From Promethearchaeota archaeon (GTDB taxonomy: Archaea > Asgardarchaeota > Heimdallarchaeia > Hodarchaeales > Hodarchaeaceae), in contig JBHLMN010000010.1 in the NCBI GenBank assembly GCA_048938105.1, forward strand, positions 32,001-96,000: 64,000 bases of DNA, read 5' to 3'. The translations under genes and the position numbers were made by a program. Of the stretch, positions 39,572 through 49,892 are shown in pieces. How positions within the stretch are numbered: position 1 is the first letter of the stretch; each line of letters starts with the position of its first letter. The notes under the pieces are model-generated. The model was not told the DNA's origin, did not search any database, and worked only from the letters and a program-made list of their open reading frames with translations.

Positions 39572-40254
39572 TATTTTGCCTCTTTTAATAGCTTTTTACG
39601 ACGTAATCGTAAATCAATCATTGGGGGATCCCGTTCATAAAATTCTCTAGGCTCCTCAAGCAATGGTTCAGGTATGAAAACTCCGTCTGATCTTATTTTT
39701 TCTTGGAGGCGATGTATCCCAGCCCACATGGCCTCTGGACGAGGAGGACATCCAGGAACATATACATCTACTGGAATTACCTGATCTGCACCTTCTAGAA
39801 TGGTCGGTGCCTGCCAGAATGGTCCTCCAGAAATTGCGCATTCACCAGTCGCTAAAACCCATTTAGGAGCTGGCATTTGATCGTAGACATCCCGAAGGCG
39901 GGGAATGAATTTTATACTTACAGGACCATTAAGCCATAATAGATCACAATGCCTAGGGCTAGCTCGAGCTAAAATTCCAATCCGTTGAGTATCATAGCGA
40001 CTAGCCATTGTTGCACCCATTTCTATGGCACAACATTTCATTCCAATATATACAGGATAAAGGCTACATCTCTGAGCCCAATTACGAAGCCAATTGATCA
40101 TAACAGTTACAAAATTTCGTGAATGTGCTAAGACTACATTAGGCATTGGTTCATAAATCTCTAATTCTCCCAGCTCTTCACATTCCTTCTTGATTCCCCA
40201 GGTTTTTTGACGTGATGTATGGAAATATGATTTTAATCGATCCATTTTCGACAT
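39571..40254 (-). CDS. nuoB: Complex I-like subunit B
   Basis: CCAIEM, SPRHCD, QMPAPKWV, GECAISGG, PVDVYVPGCPPRPE. Confidence 0.96.
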   Translation of the reverse strand: MSKMDRLKSYFHTSRQKTWGIKKECEELGELEIYEPMPNVVLAHSRNFVTVMINWLRNWAQRCSLYPVYIGMKCCAIEMGATMASRYDTQRIGILARASPRHCDLLWLNGPVSIKFIPRLRDVYDQMPAPKWVLATGECAISGGPFWQAPTILEGADQVIPVDVYVPGCPPRPEAMWAGIHRLQEKIRSDGVFIPEPLLEEPREFYERDPPMIDLRLRRKKLLKEAK

Positions 40255-40259
40255 AATTC

Positions 40260-40661
40260 TTACACCCACTTCATTGTTCCTTTTTTCATCCAGAAGAACA
40301 ACCCAATTAAGATAAATGAGGCAAATACAGCCATAATAAAAATTACAGAATATAATATTTGAATAGAATATTCTTCTTTAATGATTTGGAAAGCATAAGC
40401 CCAGAGGAGAAAGAAAATGGTTAAGATATCAAAAAGCACAAATACGACTGCAAAGGTAAAGAATTGAGCATTGAATCGAACTTGGGCATCTCCAATTGGT
40501 TTCTCTCCGCACTCATAAGTCGTAGTTGCCGCTTTTAAGCGTGGAATATTGGGTGCCAAAAGATATTGTACAATCTTAATGACAATAGGACTTGCGAGCC
40601 CTGCTACAAGAAAGATTCCAAAATGAGTTAGTTGAAGATCAATCATGTGATATCCCATCAT
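40260..40661 (-). CDS. nuoA: Complex I-like subunit A
   Basis: YECGEKP, FVLFDI, KKG...W; start at 40661 or 40646. Confidence 0.93.
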   Translation of the reverse strand: MMGYHMIDLQLTHFGIFLVAGLASPIVIKIVQYLLAPNIPRLKAATTTYECGEKPIGDAQVRFNAQFFTFAVVFVLFDILTIFFLLWAYAFQIIKEEYSIQILYSVIFIMAVFASFILIGLFFWMKKGTMKWV

Positions 40662-40825
40662 TGAATATGTTTTTCTTTCAGGTTGGAGTACATCGGGGCA
40701 CTGAATTATGATAATCCGCAAAAAGTGGTGGTTATTTATAATTTTGTCTTACTTACCCATCAAACGTAAACATTGTAGACATTCATTTATTAATCTTGAT
40801 AAAAAAGCCTGTTGTGGTTTTAAGG

Positions 40826-42268
40826 GTGAAGATTCTATTCCTTGTTCCACCTACAAAACAAAAGGAAGTAACAAAGTATCAACTTGCCTTTTTAAATTTT
40901 ACAGCACCACCTTTAGGGTTGGGATATATTGCTGCTGTGTTAGAAGAAAATGGTTTTTCTAAAGTTCGAATATTAGATTGCTCCGTCTTAGAGTATTCAC
41001 CTCAAACCTATCGTAAGTATTTGAAGCAATATAATCCAGATATCGTTGGAATTCAAACACTTACACCTAATCTTTACAATGCTCTAAACTCAGCTCAAAT
41101 TGCAAAAAAAGAGGGTGTTCCAATCGTCGCTCTGGGAGGATATCATCCTACAGCAATGCCAACGGAAAGTTTACAATTATCTCATGGTAATGTTGATGTT
41201 GTTTTCAGGGGAGAAGCTGAATACTCTATGTTAGAATTTGTCCAAAATATTGACAAAGGTCGTGATTGGACACAAATCAAAGGTATTTCCTATTTTAACA
41301 AAGACAATCAAGTTATTCACAATAAACCAGCTCCTCCCATAAAAAACCTAGATGACCTTCCGTTACCAGCGCGTCATCTACTTCCAATGGACAAGTACCG
41401 AATTTTTGGATCATCTTTTCCAGCAACTTCGGTTATAACTAGCCGAGGGTGCCCTTTCTCTTGTGATTTTTGCAGTGTTTCAGCATTCTATGGGGCTAAG
41501 TGGCGCCCTCGCTCACCCGAGAAAATTGCTGAAGAAATCCGCTTTTTACGAGAAACTATGGATATAAAAGCAACAGCGTTCGTAGATGACTTATTTTTTA
41601 TCTCAAAAAAAAGAGTAAGAAGATTAGTTAGTGCACTCTCAAAAATCAAAGATATCTATTGGGGTGCAACGACTCGTGCTGATGTAGGGGAACTTGAATT
41701 ACTCACCCTAATGAGAAAAGCAGGCTGTCGCTTAGTTTTTGTAGGTGTCGAATCTGGGAGTCAAACAATTTTAGACCAAATACGAAAACGGACCACTATC
41801 AATCAAGTGGAACGATATTTTGATAACGCTAAGAAAGCACATATGGACACATTGGCTTCATTATCATTTGGATTTCCTGGTGAAACTAAACAAACGATCA
41901 TCAATACAGTTACTTGGGTTATTAATCGGTTAGATCCTGAATTGGCATTATTCACTCTAGCAACCCCTTATCCTGGCACAGAATTCTATCAAAAGATGTT
42001 AAACAAAGGTATGATAAAAGAACATGATTATAGCAAATATAATCTCTTTCATCCTATTACTGAAATTACCGGTATATCACGAGAAGAAATGAAAATCATG
42101 ACGAAATGGGCATATAAACAATTCTATCTACGGCCAAACAAAATTATCCAAAATACATTAAGGGAATTAAGATATTCTATGGAGAGTTATGGTTTCAGGC
42201 AATTTCTTTACAATAGTAGTGTATTTGCGAAAGGAATTATCAATATGAGGATTTTAACTTCAATGTAA
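40826..42268 (+). CDS. B12-binding-domain radical SAM protein
   Basis: PPLGLGYIAA, GGYHPT, GEAE, TSRGCPFSCDFC, GVESG, TPYPGT; divergent from nuo operon. Confidence 0.93.
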   Translation: MKILFLVPPTKQKEVTKYQLAFLNFTAPPLGLGYIAAVLEENGFSKVRILDCSVLEYSPQTYRKYLKQYNPDIVGIQTLTPNLYNALNSAQIAKKEGVPIVALGGYHPTAMPTESLQLSHGNVDVVFRGEAEYSMLEFVQNIDKGRDWTQIKGISYFNKDNQVIHNKPAPPIKNLDDLPLPARHLLPMDKYRIFGSSFPATSVITSRGCPFSCDFCSVSAFYGAKWRPRSPEKIAEEIRFLRETMDIKATAFVDDLFFISKKRVRRLVSALSKIKDIYWGATTRADVGELELLTLMRKAGCRLVFVGVESGSQTILDQIRKRTTINQVERYFDNAKKAHMDTLASLSFGFPGETKQTIINTVTWVINRLDPELALFTLATPYPGTEFYQKMLNKGMIKEHDYSKYNLFHPITEITGISREEMKIMTKWAYKQFYLRPNKIIQNTLRELRYSMESYGFRQFLYNSSVFAKGIINMRILTSM

Positions 42269-42283
42269 GTCTGATAACGAATT

Positions 42284-42529
42284 TTATATCAAATTTCTAC
42301 CTTTTTCTGTAATTCCAAAGGTTTCAGGGTTACTCGGGAGACGTCTGATATATTCTTTCTTCTCTAATCCCGATATACTTTCCTCAAATAGATTTTTGTT
42401 AAATGATTGACCGGTAATATTACTCATCTGTTTTATTTGTGCCATGATATTTAAATAATGTATGTCTCTATGTTGTGATATTATTTCTAAAATTGTTAAT
42501 TCTATGTTTGATATCTTTTCCTCTGACAT
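42284..42529 (-). CDS. Small winged-helix protein
   Basis: ELTILEII...ISGLEKKEYI...FGITEKGR. Confidence 0.7.
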   Translation of the reverse strand: MSEEKISNIELTILEIISQHRDIHYLNIMAQIKQMSNITGQSFNKNLFEESISGLEKKEYIRRLPSNPETFGITEKGRNLI

Positions 42530-42831
42530 TTCTTTCCTGTCCTATCTGACTTTTGTATTTAAAGAAATCTGGCTTTTTTATTTATTTCTCTATTAATTTC
42601 TATATATTATGGAAAATATATACACAAGTATGATTTTGGCTCTTCCAATCCATTCTATGTCTATACTAAAGATAAGTTGTATCAGCAGCATAATTCTGAA
42701 ATTATTCCGAATAAAATATAAAATGAGAAAAAGAAGAAAAAGATAAATAATTGAAAGTGAACAAATAATTGATATTATACGATATCACTCATTCTCAAAA
42801 AATACAAACCTGTTATTAGAGGGTACCACCA

Positions 42832-43419
42832 ATGGAGGAACTACAGGAACGTATCATCAAAGCTAAGGCATTAAGGAAGAGGGAAAAAATTAAAGAAGCT
42901 ATAAATGTTCTAAATGAAGGACATGACATAGGTGTTAAGAATAACGCAGTTGAGGATTTGGTCGACATTCACAACCAGCTTATCTTATTACATTATCAAA
43001 ATAACGACCCTGTAATGTTTGAGAAATCGTATAATTTTGCTAGAACCTTGGCAGCGCGGATTAATTATAATAAAGGACTTGTAGAAACGTTTATGAATAA
43101 AGCATGGGTTGAAACAGATAACAGGAATTTTCTTGAAGCAATAACCGAGGCAACTCAAGCTCTTTCCATTGATGATATCCTAGATAATGCCTCTGCTTTT
43201 ACTACAGCCTTGTATATTATTTCAGAAGCCAATTATAGCGTTGGAGATATAGAAAAGGGAGATAAATATAAGGAATTATATCAGAAAAAACTCATGAAAC
43301 TTACTGAGGGTGAGGAAAAAATGTTGAGAAGCATTGAAGGATTGAGCGTAGGAATGACCAAGGAGGAGGATATAGATGCGCGGGTCAGACAAGCTCTAGA
43401 TGAACTCGATTCATTTTAG
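42832..43419 (+). CDS. TPR-like helical repeat protein
   Basis: Repeated amphipathic helical pairs with small residues; GAGGG RBS. Confidence 0.65.
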   Translation: MEELQERIIKAKALRKREKIKEAINVLNEGHDIGVKNNAVEDLVDIHNQLILLHYQNNDPVMFEKSYNFARTLAARINYNKGLVETFMNKAWVETDNRNFLEAITEATQALSIDDILDNASAFTTALYIISEANYSVGDIEKGDKYKELYQKKLMKLTEGEEKMLRSIEGLSVGMTKEEDIDARVRQALDELDSF

Positions 43420-43499
43420 ATCCCTATCTTTTTTCATAATACTTTTATAATATCGTATCTTTTGTATCGTTTCCCATTCATCATCTTGGAGCATAAATC

Positions 43500-44693
43500 A
43501 TGTCTAAAAGCTATTCCAAGATACCTCGTTCTGAAATTGAGTCTCGAATTACGAAGTTAAGGCATCAATTAAAAAAAGACAATATTGACGGAGCAATTCT
43601 GTTATCAACTCCCGAACTTTATTATTATTCAGGTGTAGGGTACGATGGGGCAGTGTATATACCAACAGAAGGGGGAGAACCTGTTCATCTCGTCAAGCGA
43701 AATGTTTCTCTGGCACAAGCTTTTTCTCAAATACCTTTAATCCAACATTTTGGTAGAAAATCAAAATTGTTTGAAACATTAGATATTAAACGACCAGCTG
43801 CCATCGCTATAGAGAAAGACATCTTATCTTATTCATTCGTGCAATTTTTGCAGTCCAAAGCGAAAAAAATTAAGTTGATCAATTATAGCTCAATTTTCAG
43901 GCAACTTCGTTCTATAAAGTCAAAATACGAAATTAATCAAATAGAACGTGCAGCGAAGTTGGTAGATCTATCATATGAATATTGTACAAAGATTGCTACT
44001 CCAGAAATGACAGAGATCGACTTAGCTTTGCAATTGGAAGGTTGGTTACTTGAAAATGGGCATGATGGCTTCATTACGACATATGCCTTTAACTCAGAGT
44101 TATTACATTACGCTTACGTTATTTCAAGTAGTTCAGCCATTCTAAACATTTATTTCACTCCTATCTCTGGCCGAGGACTCACTTTAAAATATCCCTATGG
44201 TCCTTCTCGCCAGAAATTAAAGAAGAATACCCCTTTCATTGTAGACACTTGTGGAAACAGTCAGGGGTATATTTCAGACACAACACGAACGTTCATCTGT
44301 GGACAGTTTGATGAAGAGACTCGTAATCAGCTAGAATCTCTCCAACAACTAAAACAATTTCTCCAGCGAAATTTAAAACCAGGTATAAACCTAGGAAACC
44401 TATACAATGATGTTATGGAATTAAGTAAAGAGCTGAAAATAAATGATTACTTCATGGGTACTAGTTCCGACAGAGTTGCCTTTATTGGGCATGGAGTAGG
44501 ACTTGAACTCGATGAACTCCCTGTGTTTTATCCAAAAGGGCCTAATCTTGTCAGTGGAAATGTTCTAGCATGTGAACCAAAGTTCTTTATCCAAGGTAAA
44601 AAAGTGCTTGGGATTGAGGACACATATGCTATTACTGATTCTGGAAACATAATTTTGTCAAATTCTCTAAATAGTTTTGAGATTTCAACGTAA
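43500..44693 (+). CDS. Xaa-Pro peptidase family (M24) protein
   Basis: RSIKSKYEI, GYISDTTRT, GHGVGLELDE, EP, IED. Confidence 0.92.
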   Translation: MSKSYSKIPRSEIESRITKLRHQLKKDNIDGAILLSTPELYYYSGVGYDGAVYIPTEGGEPVHLVKRNVSLAQAFSQIPLIQHFGRKSKLFETLDIKRPAAIAIEKDILSYSFVQFLQSKAKKIKLINYSSIFRQLRSIKSKYEINQIERAAKLVDLSYEYCTKIATPEMTEIDLALQLEGWLLENGHDGFITTYAFNSELLHYAYVISSSSAILNIYFTPISGRGLTLKYPYGPSRQKLKKNTPFIVDTCGNSQGYISDTTRTFICGQFDEETRNQLESLQQLKQFLQRNLKPGINLGNLYNDVMELSKELKINDYFMGTSSDRVAFIGHGVGLELDELPVFYPKGPNLVSGNVLACEPKFFIQGKKVLGIEDTYAITDSGNIILSNSLNSFEIST

Positions 44694-44710
44694 TATCAAC
44701 GTGATTATCT

Positions 44711-45973
44711 ATGGATCGCTCAATAACATCCCCTAGATCTTTTATTTTTGATTTATATTTACGGCCGTCTCTTTTAATCTTAGTACTTTATCAAATTATC
44801 GTTACAGTTACTTTCACTGCTCAACAAATGTTACTAGCTGCATATTTGGACGAATTAGGCTTTATTGTAATTAGTGGTGTAATTATTGCAGCTTATTTCC
44901 TGTTTTGGTTTGTCTTTGGCCCTATCTTTGGTACTTTAAGCGATCTACATGGTAGAAAGTTCCTATTAGTTTTAGCGAATTGTGTTTCTTTCGTGGGTTT
45001 TTTTGGATTGGTTTTAGCTCCAGACCCTCTGCTTTTATTTATTATGAATGCACTTTTAGGATTCGGAGCTGCAATACGTGTTGGATCCGTAATCGCATTA
45101 TGGGTACAACATAGTCCTCAAGATCGCATTGGAGAATCTCTTGGCTATAACAGCATTCTACTCACTATAGGTGGAGTTGGAGGCGCTTTGATAGGAGTTT
45201 TTATGTGGACTACAATTCAAGCACACTCTTTCATCATTTTAGGGATTCTCTTGCTTGTTTCAGCCATCCCAATTATTTTTATTAGTGATTCAGGTAATTA
45301 TATCCCATTTTCATTTGAGACCTTATTAAATGTTGTTCGTGAAAAGTCCAATCAAAAAGTTTTCATCTCTATACCAATTATTCAAGTCAGTATCCATTGG
45401 TTAGCATTTTCAACTATTGTTTCTTTTTCTACCTTTATAATTCCCATCATTGAACGACTATCGGAGGAATTTCCAACTGGAATTGAACTTCAAATCCCTT
45501 TCCAGCTTTCTCTATTTATCTCGCTAGCTTTAATAATATCGTGTGTTGGAGGATTAATAATTTGGGGGAGAATCTCTGATTTATGGGCAAGAAAGCCCGT
45601 ATTGATCATTGGCTATGCTGGAACATTATTATTGGTTTTTTTAGGTATGACATTCTTCTTATTTGATTGGCTACCATTATTAATTGATGGATTAAATAGC
45701 AACGATTCCCTTAGTATAATGATCATAGGATTTCTCTTACCAATAATAGTTTTCACTGCGATCTCCTTAGTCACTACCCCAACTGCATGGATATCTGACA
45801 TTGTTGGTCAAGATGATTTAGCTAAAGCAATGTCCCTTAGACAAGTTCTGATTGGAATGGGGACTGTGATGGGAGTATTAGTTGGGGGTTATGTAATTGG
45901 AACGTATGGTATCAGTGGCTTACTCCTCATAATCCTCATTTTACTAGTAGTTTCTGCTGTTATTCTCCTCTGA
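44711..45973 (+). CDS. MFS transporter
   Basis: GTLSDLHGRK and GRISDLWARK motif A; ~12 TMs. Confidence 0.92.
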   Translation: MDRSITSPRSFIFDLYLRPSLLILVLYQIIVTVTFTAQQMLLAAYLDELGFIVISGVIIAAYFLFWFVFGPIFGTLSDLHGRKFLLVLANCVSFVGFFGLVLAPDPLLLFIMNALLGFGAAIRVGSVIALWVQHSPQDRIGESLGYNSILLTIGGVGGALIGVFMWTTIQAHSFIILGILLLVSAIPIIFISDSGNYIPFSFETLLNVVREKSNQKVFISIPIIQVSIHWLAFSTIVSFSTFIIPIIERLSEEFPTGIELQIPFQLSLFISLALIISCVGGLIIWGRISDLWARKPVLIIGYAGTLLLVFLGMTFFLFDWLPLLIDGLNSNDSLSIMIIGFLLPIIVFTAISLVTTPTAWISDIVGQDDLAKAMSLRQVLIGMGTVMGVLVGGYVIGTYGISGLLLIILILLVVSAVILL

Positions 45974-46230
45974 CCCTCACAATCGAAATCAAAATAAAGA
46001 GAGATTAAATGGCCTAAATTTACCCCCACTCCATCAATTGGGGTTTTAATAATAATATCTCCCAAAGAGATGAAGATCTAACTTTACATTAAAGAAATTC
46101 CAGAAAATTTTTTGATATCAAGTAAGTCTTCACAATAGAAATCTACTTATTTAAAGTGAATCTTTATAGAAACATTAGCTATTGCACATAACTATAATTT
46201 GCCTAGCTCCATCAAGGTTGTGCGTCATTA

Positions 46231-47616
46231 TTGCCTCGTTGGTTTGGTAGTTCTGGAATCCGTGGATTATATAGTATAATATCCCCATATTTTAGTTTGA
46301 ATCTTGGAATGGCTGTTGGTAAAACATTTCAAACCTCTAAACCAGCATATATTGCTTCTGATGTGAGATTCACCTCAGATTTACTTAAGATGTGTTTTAT
46401 AAGTGGATTTACTTATTATTCAGGATCAATGATTGATATTGGTTTAACACCAACTCCAGTTATTTCGTACATTACATCAGTTAAGTATGATACATTAGGA
46501 ATAATGGTGACTGCTTCCCATAACCCACCGTCAAACAACGGATTCAAATTTTTTTTAAATGGAAGGGAATGTGGAGAGAATTTTGAATCGAAAGTGGAAA
46601 AAAACCTCCTATATGAATTTGAAAGGTTTAATGCAAATAAGATATCTCCACATTCATGGAAGAACGTTGGAACCTCGAAATATGATAATAATAAAATCTA
46701 CATAGATGGTTATGTCAATCATTTATTCAACAGTGTTAAAATAAAGAATCAAGATGTAAAAGTTATTCTAGATTGTGCTAATAATGTTCCCAACCTTGTT
46801 TCACCATATGTCTTTAAGCATCTTGGCCTTGAAATAGTCACAATAAATGACACGCTTGACGCTGCATTTCCTGGGCGTTCTAGTGAACCAACATCGAACA
46901 ATCTAACTACACTAAAACGAGAGGTGATTGAAGAAGATGCTGATATTGGTATAGCCCATGATGGGGACGGAGATAGATTTGCTATCATTGATGAACAAGG
47001 AAACTTTGTTAATCCCACAACTATTATCAATTTTTTTCTCGATCATATAGACTATTCAAATATAGAACGTAGAAAAATTGTTTTGACTAGCGATTGTTCA
47101 AACCAAGCATTTGAAATAGCTGAAAAACATCATGCTGAGATTATTACAAGCCGAATCGGGAGAAACCGCGAATATGTGAATGATGAAGGTATCTTATTCT
47201 TAGGAGAACCTAATAAATTATTATTCCCAGAATTTGGTAAGTGGATTGATGGATTATATCCAATTTTGAAGTTGATTGAAATTACTAAATCAAATAAAAT
47301 ATCAAATCTCTTAGCGCCATATGATAGACGAAAAATCCTTAGAAAGGCCTTTAAGATAGCTGAAAAAGAAAGACCTCGCGTGAACAGAATAATAAAAAAT
47401 CTTCCCCAGTTGTGGGAAAGTATAATATCTAAGGCGCAATTTTTTGATGGCTTAAAACTATTTTTCAAAGATAAATCCAGTATTTTGATCAGGATTTCTG
47501 GGACTGAACCAAAAATTAAATTTTATATAGAATCTTATTCAATTAAGCAGAACTGGGACATATTAGACCAGTTAAAAACTGAATTTAAGCTCAAGACAGA
47601 GGGAATTGACTGTTAA
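46231..47616 (+). CDS. Alpha-D-phosphohexomutase superfamily enzyme (PGM/PMM or archaeal phosphopentomutase)
   Basis: FGSSGIRG, TASHNP, DGDGDR, RISGTEPKIK. Confidence 0.9.
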   Translation: MPRWFGSSGIRGLYSIISPYFSLNLGMAVGKTFQTSKPAYIASDVRFTSDLLKMCFISGFTYYSGSMIDIGLTPTPVISYITSVKYDTLGIMVTASHNPPSNNGFKFFLNGRECGENFESKVEKNLLYEFERFNANKISPHSWKNVGTSKYDNNKIYIDGYVNHLFNSVKIKNQDVKVILDCANNVPNLVSPYVFKHLGLEIVTINDTLDAAFPGRSSEPTSNNLTTLKREVIEEDADIGIAHDGDGDRFAIIDEQGNFVNPTTIINFFLDHIDYSNIERRKIVLTSDCSNQAFEIAEKHHAEIITSRIGRNREYVNDEGILFLGEPNKLLFPEFGKWIDGLYPILKLIEITKSNKISNLLAPYDRRKILRKAFKIAEKERPRVNRIIKNLPQLWESIISKAQFFDGLKLFFKDKSSILIRISGTEPKIKFYIESYSIKQNWDILDQLKTEFKLKTEGIDC

Positions 47617-47689
47617 AGTAAGCATTATTTCTATTAATTGTTATTTCATTTTTTTTATCAGAAGGAAAAATCGTTTGAAAGTGTTTTAA

Positions 47690-48697
47690 TTGAAAGCAGC
47701 GGTATTTAATGGAGAAAAAATCGTTTTAAAAGAAGTACCAAAACCGTTTCCCAAAGAAAATCAGGTATTGATTCATGTACGAACTGTTGGAATCTGTGGA
47801 ACTGATTTAGCAATCGTGAAAAGAAAAATCAAGACACCTATTCCAATTATACCTGGTCATGAATTTGCAGGAGAAGTGGTGGTTGATAAAACAGACTCTG
47901 TTAATCCTTGGATTGGTCAGAGGGTCACTGCAGAAATAAATACAAATACATGTGGTCAGTGTTATTTTTGCAAAAAGGGCATTAAAACACAATGTCTTGA
48001 ACGGAAAGCATTAGGAATACACATTAATGGAGCAATGGCTGAATATCTCGTAATTGACGCTAATCTTCTTCATAGAATCCCCGATTCAGTTTCATACGAA
48101 GAGGCAACTTCCATAGAACCACTGGCAGCTGCTTATCAGACTTTTGAAATGATGCCTATAGATAATGATGACCATATAATTGCTATTTTTGGGATGGGAA
48201 AATTAGGATTACTCCTTTTACAAATTGCGAAAAAGAAAGGGCTAGAAACAATAGTAGTGGACGGCTCAGAGAATAAATTGGAACTTGCACAACAATTAGG
48301 TGCTGATCATCTAATAAACCGTCATGAGAACTCTAATATATCTCGGATTATAACAAATATGAGTGATAATGGCGCCGATATCATTGTAGATGCATCAGGA
48401 AGTCCACAGGCGTTAGAAGATATTATATCATCATGTCGAAGTAGGGGAAAAATACATATTAAAAGCACCCATGGAGAACCCACTTTTATCAATTTGACAG
48501 AGATGGTACAAAGGGAAATTACTCTCTATACAAGTCGTTGTGGGCCTTTTAAGAAAGCCATTGATGCTCTTAAATCGAAAAATGTCAGTGTTGAAAAATT
48601 AAATACTCATATTTACTCATTAGAGCAAGTTGAACAAGTATTTAATTCATATGGAAGTAATAAAGATCATATTCGTACTATTTTGACTAATTATTGA
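47690..48697 (+). CDS. Zn-dependent medium-chain alcohol/polyol dehydrogenase
   Basis: GICGTD, GHE, CGQCYFC...C, GMGKLG. Confidence 0.93.
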   Translation: MKAAVFNGEKIVLKEVPKPFPKENQVLIHVRTVGICGTDLAIVKRKIKTPIPIIPGHEFAGEVVVDKTDSVNPWIGQRVTAEINTNTCGQCYFCKKGIKTQCLERKALGIHINGAMAEYLVIDANLLHRIPDSVSYEEATSIEPLAAAYQTFEMMPIDNDDHIIAIFGMGKLGLLLLQIAKKKGLETIVVDGSENKLELAQQLGADHLINRHENSNISRIITNMSDNGADIIVDASGSPQALEDIISSCRSRGKIHIKSTHGEPTFINLTEMVQREITLYTSRCGPFKKAIDALKSKNVSVEKLNTHIYSLEQVEQVFNSYGSNKDHIRTILTNY

Positions 48698-48875
48698 ATA
48701 TATAAAAATCAACTCAACTATTTTGTTTTATAACTGAATTTATTGCATTATTAAGACTTAATGTAATATATTTCATTCTGCGTATCAATAATGCAATACA
48801 AAAGAATTTAAGGACAAAAATCTACTAGAACACGACTTTCCAAAATTCCCATTGAAAGTTTTAGGTGAAGAAAAA

Positions 48876-49892
48876 ATGCAAAAATATAGAGTAATACTCC
48901 TAATTGGAGCATTATTGTTTTCTATTTTTATATTCTCGGGGTGTACACAGCCAGAAAAACAGATAAACATCGCTCTCATCACTGGTACTGGAGGATTAGG
49001 TGATAAATCCTTCAATGATGGGGCTTATGCGGGATTGGTTAAAGCTCGAGATGAGTTAGAAGTTAATATTAGTGTCACAGAACCAAAAGAGATTGCTGAT
49101 TATGAACCCTCAATAGAAGCTTATGCCTCAGAAGGTATATATGACTTGATTATTTCTATCGGATTTGACCAAATGGATGCCCTTGCAAAGGTCGCCAATA
49201 AAAGCGAGTACAAGGATCAAAATTTTGCGTTGGTCGATGAAGCAATCTTGAATCAAAAATATGACAACATTGCTAACATCAACTTCTATGAACATGAGGG
49301 ATCGTTTTTAGTTGGGTACGTCGCAGCAAATGTATCAGCTACTAAAAAACTTGGTTTCGTTGGTGGTATGGATATTCCACTTATTCGGAGGTTTGCTGCT
49401 GGTTATCAAGCTGGAGCAGAATATTTCGATGATAGTGCAACTGTAAGCATCAAATATGTCGGTGGCTGGGGCGACACAGCAACAGGTAAAACATTAGCAG
49501 AAGAGCAAATTGAAGCTGACGCAGATGTTATCTTTATAGCGGCAGGAAAATCAGGTTTGGGCTCAATGACTGCTGTCAATGAATCAGCAGGAGTTTATGC
49601 CATTGGAGTAGATGTAGATCAGGATGAAACATTGCCTGAATATAAGGATAAAATTCTATGTTCTATGCTCAAACGTGTGGACAATGCAGTATTCGACCAG
49701 ATTAATAGAACTGTTGAAGGAACTTTTGAGGGCGGAAAATCATATTATTATGGTTTAGCCGAAGATGGTGTTGAAGTAAGCGACGATCCGACAATGAAAA
49801 AGATCTTGGGAACAGGAATCACTGCAATTCTAGAGGATCTCAAAACAGCAATAATAAATGGTACTATCAAGGTCCCAGATGATTTGACCTAA
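48876..49892 (+). CDS. BMP-family nucleoside ABC transporter substrate-binding lipoprotein
   Basis: Lipobox FSGC, GGLGDKSFND, EHEGSFLVG, AIGVDVDQ, SMLKRVD. Confidence 0.93.
   Translation: MQKYRVILLIGALLFSIFIFSGCTQPEKQINIALITGTGGLGDKSFNDGAYAGLVKARDELEVNISVTEPKEIADYEPSIEAYASEGIYDLIISIGFDQMDALAKVANKSEYKDQNFALVDEAILNQKYDNIANINFYEHEGSFLVGYVAANVSATKKLGFVGGMDIPLIRRFAAGYQAGAEYFDDSATVSIKYVGGWGDTATGKTLAEEQIEADADVIFIAAGKSGLGSMTAVNESAGVYAIGVDVDQDETLPEYKDKILCSMLKRVDNAVFDQINRTVEGTFEGGKSYYYGLAEDGVEVSDDPTMKKILGTGITAILEDLKTAIINGTIKVPDDLT

Noticed and set aside
40708-40962. Cys-rich 84-aa ORF
   Set aside because: Out-of-frame overlap with the radical SAM gene; likely shadow ORF
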